Virus record (IMG/VR): IMGVR_UViG_3300049576_000013
Direction: 5' to 3' (one strand)
DNA: 64,000 nt
DNA from: an uncultured virus (IMG/VR IMGVR_UViG_3300049576_000013)
Lineage: Duplodnaviria; Heunggongvirae; Uroviricota; Caudoviricetes
Position numbers and translations under genes: made by a program. Position 1 is the stretch's first letter. Each line of letters opens with the position of its first letter. The notes under the pieces were generated by a model that worked only from the letters and a program-made list of their open reading frames with translations, was not told the origin of the DNA and did not search any database. Positions 33,925-42,628 of this stretch are shown here, in pieces.

Positions 33925-35906
33925 CACAAAGCCCTTACTGCGAGTCGAGTGTTGCGTTGAGCGATGATCCCCGCTGCCGAACTACCTACTGCCGCCCCTA
34001 CTCCTCGGGCTTGACTCTGCGTAGGTACGGGTCCGTGGAACTGCATCTGGATCGAGTTGGGTCCAAACACGACACTGCTGGTCACCTCGCTTGAGGTGCT
34101 GCGCAGGTTTGGGATCTCTGCCAACATGCCCGCAGCAAAGTCATCCACCAGCCGGCGACCCCGCGCCTCTGGTGCCCCTCGGCCAGACAGGGGACCGTAC
34201 TTGGCTGGGGAGTTGGTGAGGAAGCCACCAACGATGCCCATGGCATCCTTCATGGCGTTCCACAGGGCGCCGAACTGGTCCCGGATGCCCCGGATCAAGC
34301 CCAGCAGGGCGTTCTTCCCGGCGTTGTACATGCGCTGGCCGAGGTTGCCGATGGCGTTGATGATCCGGTTTGGTAGCGCTCGGGCGGTAGCCACTAGTCG
34401 ATCAACGTTCTCCATGGCACCTACGACCATGTTCTTGGTGCCACCTAGGAGCCAGTTGAAGAAGTCGGAGACCACCTTCCCCATGGCGTAGAAGGCGTCC
34501 CGGATCGCCGGCACGACCCAGGCCAGGAAGGCACCGATCGCCTCTGCCATGAACTCGAAGGCACCGATGAGTGCCAGGATCGTGATGACCAGGCCCGTGA
34601 ACACCTTGATGCCGATGATAGCCAGGTTGACAATGCCCTCCATGGCCTTCTGACCTACAGGTGAGGCCAGCACGAAGGTCAGCAGCGAGAACGCGTCGGC
34701 GAGCTCCTGGATCACCGCCTGGCCGCCGGCCTTATCTAGCTCCCCCAGGAAGGTGACGATGAAGCCGGTTGCCTGGAAAAGCAGCTCGAACACTGTCCCT
34801 AGGGTGGACGCCATCCGGTCCAGCCACTGCTGGAACGATTCGTCCTGCGAGATAGCTAGTAGCTTCTCGCCAACAAGCGCCAGCTCGTTAGTGACAATGT
34901 TGCCCATGTCCTCAAGGAATGGGATTGCCGCATCAGCGAGGGCAATGAGCCCCATGAGGAACGTGGTGAACCGTGGCCCGAAGCGCTCCAGCCAACGGGT
35001 GGTAGCCGGGATGACATCGCTGAGGAAGGAAACAAACGTCGGTGACCGGAAGAACGCGGTGAGCTGAGCGAACAGGTTGCCCATGGCAGTGGCGGTCTGG
35101 GCGAACCCGCCCCGGAGCAACGGCTCCAGGACTCGGATCGTGGCGGCGAGGTTGGTTCCGAACGCCTTGAAGAAGTTCTGCTGTGCGATGAACTTCAAGT
35201 CACGGAACAGGTCCTCAAGCGGGAGCAGACTGCGCACGAAGGTCTGGGCAGCGGGGGCCAGATCCTTGATAGCTTCCAGTACCTGCTGTGGATTCTCGGC
35301 CGCGAAGGCTAGCGAGAGGGCCTTGCCCATGCCATCGAAGGCGAGGGCTGTAACACCCGCCTGTAGAGCAATGGAGCCCAGCAGGGCCGGGAGGGTAGCC
35401 AGGGCCGCGCCGAGAACGCTGACCGTTTGCAGGGCCGCCACAACCAGCCCCACGATGGCCCCGATGACGGGCACCAGGAGGGCGATGAGGGGCGACCGGC
35501 CGGAGATGTTGAAGCTGGCGCCGATGGCATCGGCGAACGCCTCACCAAGGCGACGGAAGGGGCCATTGGGGCCAGCTGCCCCAGCTACCGCCTCTTCGAT
35601 CTCGTCAGTGATGACCTTGGCGAAGCGCCCCCGGCTATCCCGTACGTCGTAATGCACCCGGGGACGGAACGTGAGCCGACGGCCGCGCACAGAGAACTCG
35701 ATAGCGTCACCGAGATCCTTGCCGTGGCGCTTGAGCTCGTCGGCCATTGAGTCGGCCATCGAGTCGCCCAGGTCACGACCCGCGTTATCGGCGCCACCCT
35801 CAGCTTCACGGGCGGCGTCTTCAAGGCCGCGCTTCAGCTCGGGTTCGAACTCATCAGTGTTGGCGTGTACGTCGACATACACGTCGCCTAGTGACGGAGT
35901 CGCCAT
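33924..35906 (-). CDS. Tape measure protein
   Basis: LGDVYVDV N-terminus, Ala/Leu-rich helical, SPAKYGPLSG C-terminal motif. Confidence 0.85.
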   Translation of the reverse strand: MATPSLGDVYVDVHANTDEFEPELKRGLEDAAREAEGGADNAGRDLGDSMADSMADELKRHGKDLGDAIEFSVRGRRLTFRPRVHYDVRDSRGRFAKVITDEIEEAVAGAAGPNGPFRRLGEAFADAIGASFNISGRSPLIALLVPVIGAIVGLVVAALQTVSVLGAALATLPALLGSIALQAGVTALAFDGMGKALSLAFAAENPQQVLEAIKDLAPAAQTFVRSLLPLEDLFRDLKFIAQQNFFKAFGTNLAATIRVLEPLLRGGFAQTATAMGNLFAQLTAFFRSPTFVSFLSDVIPATTRWLERFGPRFTTFLMGLIALADAAIPFLEDMGNIVTNELALVGEKLLAISQDESFQQWLDRMASTLGTVFELLFQATGFIVTFLGELDKAGGQAVIQELADAFSLLTFVLASPVGQKAMEGIVNLAIIGIKVFTGLVITILALIGAFEFMAEAIGAFLAWVVPAIRDAFYAMGKVVSDFFNWLLGGTKNMVVGAMENVDRLVATARALPNRIINAIGNLGQRMYNAGKNALLGLIRGIRDQFGALWNAMKDAMGIVGGFLTNSPAKYGPLSGRGAPEARGRRLVDDFAAGMLAEIPNLRSTSSEVTSSVVFGPNSIQMQFHGPVPTQSQARGVGAAVGSSAAGIIAQRNTRLAVRAL

Positions 35907-35976
35907 ACACCACCCTCCAAGCCGTGAAGCGTGGGCAGTTCAGGACTATGCGCCACTGAGCGACAGCATAAGGGAA

Positions 35977-36585
35977 TCAGCCGGCCATGGCCATGAACGC
36001 TTGAGCTGTCATGGTGGGCTCCTCGGCCCCCTCCCCCACGCCCTGGGGAGGATTCTCCAGTCTCATCGTGAACATCTGGACATCCTTAGGGTCCATGTTC
36101 CGCAGCACGATGATGAGCAGAACATCCAGCCAAGAGGACAGGGACAGCCGGGTGGCGTCCACTCCTCGCAACCCCAACTCCGCCCCGATCACGTCCCACG
36201 AGTCACGGGCCACGTCAATGAGCCGTAGTGCCACCCACCAGGAGCGGGCGGAGGCGGTGGCAATCACCTCTACCGCCACCTCTTCGAACTCCGCCATGCT
36301 CAAGTTCCCGGCCAGGATGGTGTCTATCCCCTCCTCGTCGAGAAGCCCCGGAAACACGTCAAATGGGTCCAGGTTGGGCACCATGAGCAGTGTCAACCAG
36401 TCCGCCGCCGTCATGGCGGGGATCTCGAAGTCGCGGCCAGCCACAGTCACCACCACAGGGAAGGGGCGCAGTGACTGCACCGGGTCTTGGTTGAGCTTGG
36501 GAACCTGGATGCGCCCGGTGCCCGAATCGGGTGTGGGAAATGCTGGGGATGGTCGCCTAGGAACGCTTGGTCGACGTGCGGGCAC
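35977..36585 (-). CDS. Tail assembly chaperone-like protein
   Basis: Directly upstream of TMP; start uncertain. Confidence 0.6.
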   Translation of the reverse strand: MPARRPSVPRRPSPAFPTPDSGTGRIQVPKLNQDPVQSLRPFPVVVTVAGRDFEIPAMTAADWLTLLMVPNLDPFDVFPGLLDEEGIDTILAGNLSMAEFEEVAVEVIATASARSWWVALRLIDVARDSWDVIGAELGLRGVDATRLSLSSWLDVLLIIVLRNMDPKDVQMFTMRLENPPQGVGEGAEEPTMTAQAFMAMAG

Positions 36586-36907
36586 GACGAACCCTCGGCT
36601 TCGACTGCTCCTCGTTGAAGGCACTGATGAAGGCAGTCAGGTCGCTCAGGTGCAGCTCGCCAGCCACGATCAGGTCCAGCAGGATCTGTCGGTCACCATC
36701 CTGGACCACCAGCGATTCGAAGATGTCGAAAACGCGGCCAGCGGCGGCCATGCGATCCGCGCCACTGAGGTCGTCGCGCATGCCACGACGACCGTCACGG
36801 GACAGGAGTAGAAGCTGGGCGTCGGTGGGCTGACGGACCACGATGCTGTGGCCCTTGAGGTCAACGATGCGGGTGTCTCGGCCGGGGTCAGCTACAGAAT
36901 TCTCCAT
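36557..36907 (-). CDS. Tail assembly chaperone-like protein
   Basis: Position; PTDAQL motif. Confidence 0.6.
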   Translation of the reverse strand: MENSVADPGRDTRIVDLKGHSIVVRQPTDAQLLLLSRDGRRGMRDDLSGADRMAAAGRVFDIFESLVVQDGDRQILLDLIVAGELHLSDLTAFISAFNEEQSKPRVRRARTSTKRS

Positions 36908-36916
36908 GGCCCAGGA

Positions 36917-37366
36917 TCATACGTCGTAAATGATGACGATCATGTTGTGGCGGCGGCCGATCTCCTCAGCCGCCTTCTCCAGGTAGCCCTTTCCGCGCTG
37001 GCCAGGGTGGCGGACGTAGGGCAACGTCACCACTCGACCTACCCGACGCCAGTAGAACCGCAGGTTTCGAGCCCGGCGCGGATAGATGAGGTACTTGGAG
37101 CGACGTGGCCCCCACAACCCAGCGCCCTTCTCTACTGCCTCCGCGTAGGGCAGGTCTGTGCCCACTGAACCCGTGACCCGGCCGGGGTGAACGTAGGGTC
37201 CCTTGATTTCGAGACTGCGGGCCAGGCGCCCAGTTGTGTAGGGACCACTGAGCAGGTTGGCCCGGGCCCGGAAGCGAATCTCGTGCAGCACCCGTCGGGT
37301 GAACTGAAATGCCATCTGGGTCGTTTCGCGGCGAGCCTGGACCCGGTGGATGACGACTCGGGTCAT
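36917..37366 (-). CDS. HK97 gp10-like tail completion protein
   Basis: TGRLARS, YAEAVEKG, VRHPG...YL. Confidence 0.75.
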   Translation of the reverse strand: MTRVVIHRVQARRETTQMAFQFTRRVLHEIRFRARANLLSGPYTTGRLARSLEIKGPYVHPGRVTGSVGTDLPYAEAVEKGAGLWGPRRSKYLIYPRRARNLRFYWRRVGRVVTLPYVRHPGQRGKGYLEKAAEEIGRRHNMIVIIYDV

Positions 37367-37902
37367 GTCGGGCAGCAGTCCACGTTGGGGATCTGCACTG
37401 CAATCCTGGAGTAACGCTCCGTGCATCCACCAGAGGTGGATCCGGGCACTTGTCGTTCCAGGACGAGGGACATGCCCATGAACTCGGCGCTACTTCGGAC
37501 ATAGTCCCGGAAGCAGCACCACGTCTTGTTCAAAGCCAGCATGTCGTAGAGACCCTGCGTGAAGCTGGCCGCTTGACTGGTGTCGTCGCCGGGGTCGGGG
37601 GCACATCGGACGATCCCGATTCGGTAGTTGATCGCCCACCCAGGTGGGATGCAGGGGTTGTCGCCCTGCCGCACAATGTCGTTGTCCGGGAAGCTGTCCG
37701 AGGACGGGTACGTGTCCCCCAGCATGACGTAGGCCAAACCCTCGCAGCACAGGTCGATGCCATCCAGGTTGATGTCGTGGACCGGCTCTGTGCCCACTCG
37801 GTATGCACAGTGTCCCGGTGCTCCAGGGTGCCCGGAGACTGCCGCACAGAGGCATTGCAGTAGTGCGGCAGACAGAGTGGCGACCTGGTCGAAGCTGGTC
37901 AC
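37363..37902 (-). CDS. Tail terminator-like protein
   Basis: Cys-rich, GIVRC, GGC; position. Confidence 0.6.
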   Translation of the reverse strand: MTSFDQVATLSAALLQCLCAAVSGHPGAPGHCAYRVGTEPVHDINLDGIDLCCEGLAYVMLGDTYPSSDSFPDNDIVRQGDNPCIPPGWAINYRIGIVRCAPDPGDDTSQAASFTQGLYDMLALNKTWCCFRDYVRSSAEFMGMSLVLERQVPGSTSGGCTERYSRIAVQIPNVDCCPT

Positions 37903-38717
37903 GGGAAGGTAGTCACTCTCGTCACCGGTGGCCAGTCCGGAGATGCAATTTTCATCTTTGAGGTCAGGCCATACGGATTAAAGGAACGAATCACCTGATC
38001 AACGGTCAAAATACCCGTAAGCCCACTCTTGAGCATCACGTCCACGTCCACCAGGGACACGCTGACGCCCTGGCGAGAGATGGAGGTCATCCGGGCGGGG
38101 AGTTGGCAGTCAGCGCCGAGACACGACTTGGCGTACTCGCAGGCCAGCCGCCCGGCCGCGCTCAGGATGACGCTGGGGACCTCCTGGCCAATGAAGTAGG
38201 TGACCTGGAACATGCCCGTTCCAGAGTCCACGTTGTAGTCCTGGCACGTCGGCCAGCAGTCACCGTCCGTGCGGACCAGCCACTGTCCGTTGTCGACCCG
38301 CCAAGCGTCTACGTCGACGATCTCACCGTCCACGCTGATGCCCGTGGCGGGGATGGAGTGGACCGGCCCTTGAAGGTACACCTGGCAGAACGGTTCACAG
38401 GTGCAGCAGCCGTAGCTGGCTCCTACGCAGCCAGCACAGTTCCGCCACACCCCATTGAAGATGTAGGGGATCCAGGTGCCCTCGGCCCAGTAGTAGCCGG
38501 CCGGAGTGCCGATGAAGTCCCTGGTGCAGCCACAGGGGCGCACGGTTCGCTCACAGAGGCCGAAGCGGCGACCGGTGGCCGCCCACATGACCATGGCGCC
38601 GTACTCAGCCGCAGCGGTTTGGAGCGCGTCGGAGTAGGTGTCCCAGTCGGTGCAGCAGCTCGTGTCCACGTCCCAGTTGCAGGGCGTGGAGGGCAGCGGG
38701 TCATCGTAGACGATCAC
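37899..38717 (-). CDS. Head-to-tail adaptor
   Basis: WAATGRRFG.C..TVRP, LVRTDGDCWP.CQD, LACE.AK, SRQGVS. Confidence 0.8.
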   Translation of the reverse strand: MIVYDDPLPSTPCNWDVDTSCCTDWDTYSDALQTAAAEYGAMVMWAATGRRFGLCERTVRPCGCTRDFIGTPAGYYWAEGTWIPYIFNGVWRNCAGCVGASYGCCTCEPFCQVYLQGPVHSIPATGISVDGEIVDVDAWRVDNGQWLVRTDGDCWPTCQDYNVDSGTGMFQVTYFIGQEVPSVILSAAGRLACEYAKSCLGADCQLPARMTSISRQGVSVSLVDVDVMLKSGLTGILTVDQVIRSFNPYGLTSKMKIASPDWPPVTRVTTFP

Positions 38718-38774
38718 GCTGCCCTCCTTGCCTTGGTACGGACAGCCTGCGAGGCGTCCCCATGCTAGCGCTAG

Positions 38775-39482
38775 CTAGGGGGTCAGGCTGGACAGGGTCG
38801 TGCAGCCACAGGCTGCATCCGGTGGCTCCAGTCGGGTGATGAACATCCGGTGGTGCTGGTTCGCCCCGATCGGCGTCAGCAACGCGATCGGATCATCCAG
38901 CGTGGCTGCCGCATCGGACAGGTCCACGAAGTACGGACCGGTGCCCCAGCCGGAGCCGGCACTGGTCCGGGCATTGAGGACGAAGTTGGCCGCACCGTTC
39001 TCGAAGGTCAGGTCACCGATCGTCCCCTCCACCACGAAGGGGAACAGGACGTAGCCATACTCGGCCCCACCGCTGCATGCGGTGGACAATCCAGCCAGCC
39101 GGGTCCAACCCTCCAGGGCGAAGAACGAGTTGGCCGCCGAACCCTCCTCGGTGGAGTAGCCGGTGGCCCGTGGGGTCTCTGAGTCGTCGTACACAAGCGG
39201 TTCTGCGCTCATGATGTTGACCAGCTCGGGGTCCACGTTACAGAACGTCACCACCAGGTTGATCCACTTCAGGATCGGTGGGTTGGTCTCCTTCACGCAG
39301 AAGGTGCCATCGCCGTTCTTGACGAAGAACTCCTCGCGGTCTTCGTACTCCTTGGTCATCTCAATGGAGATGATGCCGTCAGAGACCACCGTGGAGCACC
39401 CAGTGACCGGGGTGCCGCAACTGTCGAGCTGCGTAACCCGGACACGGGGGATTTTCCAGGGCGTGTAGCACACCGAAGTCAT
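38775..39482 (-). CDS. Major tail protein
   Basis: RVTQLDSCG, KNGDG.FCV, FCNVDP, WGTGPY. Confidence 0.85.
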   Translation of the reverse strand: MTSVCYTPWKIPRVRVTQLDSCGTPVTGCSTVVSDGIISIEMTKEYEDREEFFVKNGDGTFCVKETNPPILKWINLVVTFCNVDPELVNIMSAEPLVYDDSETPRATGYSTEEGSAANSFFALEGWTRLAGLSTACSGGAEYGYVLFPFVVEGTIGDLTFENGAANFVLNARTSAGSGWGTGPYFVDLSDAAATLDDPIALLTPIGANQHHRMFITRLEPPDAACGCTTLSSLTP

Positions 39483-39484
39483 GG

Positions 39485-39664
39485 CTACTTACCCTTCTTC
39501 TTCTCGCCCGCAGCCTGGTACGTCTCGTAGCGTTCCCACAGGTAGTCGGGAACGATCAGAGCCAGGCGCGGACCTTGGCTGTCGGTCTGCACTTCCTTGC
39601 GGTTGTCCGCCAGGTCCAGCAGGATCCGAGCAGTAGCCGCATCGAACTCCACACGCTTACTCAT
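39485..39664 (-). CDS. Small virion-associated protein
   Basis: AGGAG SD; ARILLDLA motif. Confidence 0.6.
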   Translation of the reverse strand: MSKRVEFDAATARILLDLADNRKEVQTDSQGPRLALIVPDYLWERYETYQAAGEKKKGK

Positions 39665-40521
39665 GCCGGGACTCCTGCTGTCGTGCAGTTGCGGGTGACT
39701 TGAATGGCCCAGATCCCGCACTCGATCGCGACAGCGAAGACCTTCTCCGCAGTCGCGTAGATCTGGTTGGTACTCCGATCCATGGTTTCGCCGAGGGGCG
39801 GGATGAGGATCTGGGCGTCTTCCCAGATCAACACTCGCCCCGTGGCGTACATGTACTCGGCATCTGTGGTAACCGCTTGGCCAGTGGGGCCGGTTCCGTC
39901 GTACCCCTGACCAAACACATACGGGGTGCCGAGACAGGTCTGGAGCCGGCGACCATTGTTGGCGTACTGGATCAGGTGCGCCTGCTCCAGGTGGGCTGCC
40001 ATTCCGGGTCGGGCGTGGATCATCCCCCCAACGACACCGTTGTCAGCCAGAGTCTGCTCCAGCACTTCCACGGCCTCCGTTACACAGCTGGCTGCTGTGA
40101 GCGTGGTGGCCGACTGGAACAGGCCAGCGATACCGCCGCCGGCCCCGATCGCCTGTCCCTGCCAGATGCGCTTCTCGACCGCCCGCTGCTCCCGCAGCTG
40201 CATGCGAGTGATGAGGCGCTGACGCACCTCGTCGAAGCTGTAGCCAATGGAGCCGCAGGTGTAGGAGGTGAGCACGCCGAACGGGGCGCCGGAGACGGCC
40301 GTCTCGATGGCGGAGAACGTCTTTGAGCCGGTGACCGGTGGGCATTGAATGTCCCACAGGTACACGTCGTCCTGGCAGGTATCGGGTACGTAGATGACCC
40401 CCGAACCCACGGAGGCGGGCACAGGGAATGCCATCGGTCCTAGCGCCACATCGAAGATGCCGTAGGGGCGCGGCGGCGGTGGCGGCGGATTGATCAGGTA
40501 CGGAGCGTTCGTTAGTGGCAC
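39661..40521 (-). CDS. Major capsid pentamer-like protein
   Basis: Follows hexamer gene; YGIF, EQRAVE..IW, T.LGTP.VFG.GY, N....AE motifs. Confidence 0.75.
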   Translation of the reverse strand: MPLTNAPYLINPPPPPPRPYGIFDVALGPMAFPVPASVGSGVIYVPDTCQDDVYLWDIQCPPVTGSKTFSAIETAVSGAPFGVLTSYTCGSIGYSFDEVRQRLITRMQLREQRAVEKRIWQGQAIGAGGGIAGLFQSATTLTAASCVTEAVEVLEQTLADNGVVGGMIHARPGMAAHLEQAHLIQYANNGRRLQTCLGTPYVFGQGYDGTGPTGQAVTTDAEYMYATGRVLIWEDAQILIPPLGETMDRSTNQIYATAEKVFAVAIECGIWAIQVTRNCTTAGVPA

Positions 40522-40548
40522 CAGGCCCTCCCTTCTAGCTCTGGCCTG

Positions 40549-40574
40549 AAGGGGGCCGGGATCCCGGCCCCCTT
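40549..40574 (-). terminator. Hairpin after capsid gene
   Basis: AAGGGGGCCGGG-AT-CCCGGCCCCCTT. Confidence 0.6.
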
Positions 40575-40584
40575 GTCAGGACGG

Positions 40585-42342
40585 CTAGCAGGAAACAACT
40601 CGCTGGAGACCAGTGGAACCGCTCGGGCAAATGGCCACGGTGTAGACACGGGAGAGGGGGCACATTCGTACCATCGCCCACCCGGTTTCCGTGAACAGGT
40701 GCGTGACCTGGTTGGTGGCCAGCTTGGTCGAGTCGTAGACCGAGTTCAGCGTGATCACGTCAGATACCGCACGGACCCAGGTACCGGCCGGGTACACCAG
40801 GAACTGGAGACTGGTCGGCAGCGCCGTGATGGCGGTGTCGGCACCAGGGGAGCCAGTGGCAGCACAGGTGGCGAAGGCGTCCTGCCAGTCGTAGACGTAC
40901 TGAACGCGGGCACCACGACGGCTGAAGCCGGCGTTGATCTCCGAGTCAGCCACGTCGACGGACTGCGACCAGCCGCCGGTGGCGTTACGCCGGATCCAGT
41001 CGGCCCGCATCTGGGCGAGGATCCAGAACGGCATGATGACCTCAAGCGTGGCCGACTGCTGGAGCCGGAGCCGGTACTTGATGTCGACCACGGCCGCCTC
41101 GACCGCGCTCATCACCTGCGACACCACGGAGGCGTCGGTGGCCCAGGGGGCACCGGACAGCGTGACGGCGGTGGAGTCGGCCACCACGGCAGCGATCTGC
41201 TCCCGGTTGATCTGGTGGGCAGAGGCGGCCAGGGCGCCACGGGTGAACGTGGCGGTGTACTCCGGGTAACCCCGGATCGACAAGATGTTGCCAGTCAGGC
41301 AGAGACCAGTAACACCCAGCCGGGTGTCCACGAAGTCAGGGCAGTCGATCTCCAGGCACGTCTTCGTGGTACCCGACGCGACTTCGGCCTCGGTCAGGTC
41401 GAAGAAGCCCGTCGGAGAGTCACAGTTACCACCGCCGAAGATGTCATCGAACTGAATACCGGTGTTGTGCCGGATACCGCCACGCCGGGCCTGGACCTCC
41501 GGGAAGTCGGCGAGACCGTCCGTGGTGATCTGGAGACAGATGCTGTAGTCAGTCTCGGACGGGGCACACCAGCCAGCGGCGGCAACCAGGGCGTCCCGGT
41601 GAGGCTCAGTGGCTTGGATCTCCTTCATCCGCTGCTCCACGGAGCGCAGCAGCGAGCCGCCGGGGAGGCGCTTCTCGTCGGCGACAGCCAGGAGCTTGGC
41701 GTAGTCGGAGCCGTCCCCATCCACGCTGAACTCATCCGGGTAGTTCCGGACCAGCTGAGCGACCGGGTAGGTTACGGGGCCGGTGCCACGGCGACCGCCG
41801 GCCAGGGCGGAGCCGTGGGCCGCAGAGCGGGCCTCGAACGCCTTCGCCACGTCGAGCATGCTGGCCAGTTCCTGGCCCGCCTCATAGTTCGGCACGCCAG
41901 CGGCGGCGACGAGCGTGGAGTAGCGGGGCCGGGCGGTGATCACGTCCGGGACCGCGTCCGTCTTGTCCTTGTTATCCAGGATGTCGCTGACGCTGACCTT
42001 GATCACCTCAGAGGAGGTGGTGGCGGCGGTGACAACCTCCGGTTCCGGAGTGGCCTTGGCTTCCGGGGCGGTCTCCGGCTCGGTGTCCGGCTCGGCCGTG
42101 ATGGCAGCGAACCGGTCCAGGTTCTTGGAGCGCTTGTCGACGATGCTAGGGATGGTGACGCGGACGAACTCCTGAAGGGCCTCGGCCTGATCCAGGTCAT
42201 CGTCGCTGGCGTCCTCGGGGTTGCCCTCCTGAATGGAGGCAATGAGGGTCTTCAGCTCAGCAGCAGCCTGCTTCTTCAGGTCGTTGAGGCCCTGGATGCT
42301 GAACTGGTTGAGGGTTTCGTCCTCAGGAATCTGGAAAGGCAT
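40585..42342 (-). CDS. Major capsid hexamer protein (cluster-B-like)
   Basis: LVAAAGWCAPSET.Y, PEVQARRGGIR, K.C..I.CP.F...RL, QYVYDWQ, N..T.LFTE.G. Confidence 0.9.
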   Translation of the reverse strand: MPFQIPEDETLNQFSIQGLNDLKKQAAAELKTLIASIQEGNPEDASDDDLDQAEALQEFVRVTIPSIVDKRSKNLDRFAAITAEPDTEPETAPEAKATPEPEVVTAATTSSEVIKVSVSDILDNKDKTDAVPDVITARPRYSTLVAAAGVPNYEAGQELASMLDVAKAFEARSAAHGSALAGGRRGTGPVTYPVAQLVRNYPDEFSVDGDGSDYAKLLAVADEKRLPGGSLLRSVEQRMKEIQATEPHRDALVAAAGWCAPSETDYSICLQITTDGLADFPEVQARRGGIRHNTGIQFDDIFGGGNCDSPTGFFDLTEAEVASGTTKTCLEIDCPDFVDTRLGVTGLCLTGNILSIRGYPEYTATFTRGALAASAHQINREQIAAVVADSTAVTLSGAPWATDASVVSQVMSAVEAAVVDIKYRLRLQQSATLEVIMPFWILAQMRADWIRRNATGGWSQSVDVADSEINAGFSRRGARVQYVYDWQDAFATCAATGSPGADTAITALPTSLQFLVYPAGTWVRAVSDVITLNSVYDSTKLATNQVTHLFTETGWAMVRMCPLSRVYTVAICPSGSTGLQRVVSC

Positions 42343-42381
42343 CGGTGGAGCCCCTTCGGGAAGTCAGAAGTCCTCCCGGTG

Positions 42382-42441
42382 CGGCCCTCAGCTACAGCCA
42401 CCGGATTCACGGTTCCAGGTACGGCCCTCAGCTCAGCTACC
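42382..42441 (-). promoter_or_regulatory. Duplicated leader motif upstream of capsid gene
   Basis: GCTGAGCTGAGGGCCG and GCTGTAGCTGAGGGCCG on the - strand. Confidence 0.6.
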
Positions 42442-42466
42442 TGATCTAGATGATGTTAGCAGTGGA

Positions 42467-42619
42467 TCATAGGCGTGAAAAGGTACCGCCACCAGCACGG
42501 GTAACTGCCACTCGGGCCTCATGCTCGCTGCTCACAGTGAGCACCTGGCCATCCGGCAGTCGAACCTCGAAGTTCTCCGTCCGAGCTGGTTGAGGCTGGG
42601 AGCCTCGGCATCCACACAT
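42467..42619 (-). CDS. Small MCGC-motif protein upstream of capsid
   Basis: MCGCRGS...LPDGQ...EARVAVTRAGGG; AGGAGGAG SD. Confidence 0.7.
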   Translation of the reverse strand: MCGCRGSQPQPARTENFEVRLPDGQVLTVSSEHEARVAVTRAGGGTFSRL

Positions 42620-42628
42620 GGTCTCCTC

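Noticed and set aside
36557..36624. Programmed frameshift between tail assembly chaperones
   Set aside because: No clear XXXYYYZ slippery site seen; the downstream ORF has a plausible own GTG start
40573..42444. Long + strand ORFs opposite structural genes (also 555-1484, 48365-49768)
   Set aside because: Antisense shadows typical of high-GC DNA; the - strand frames carry the recognisable motifs
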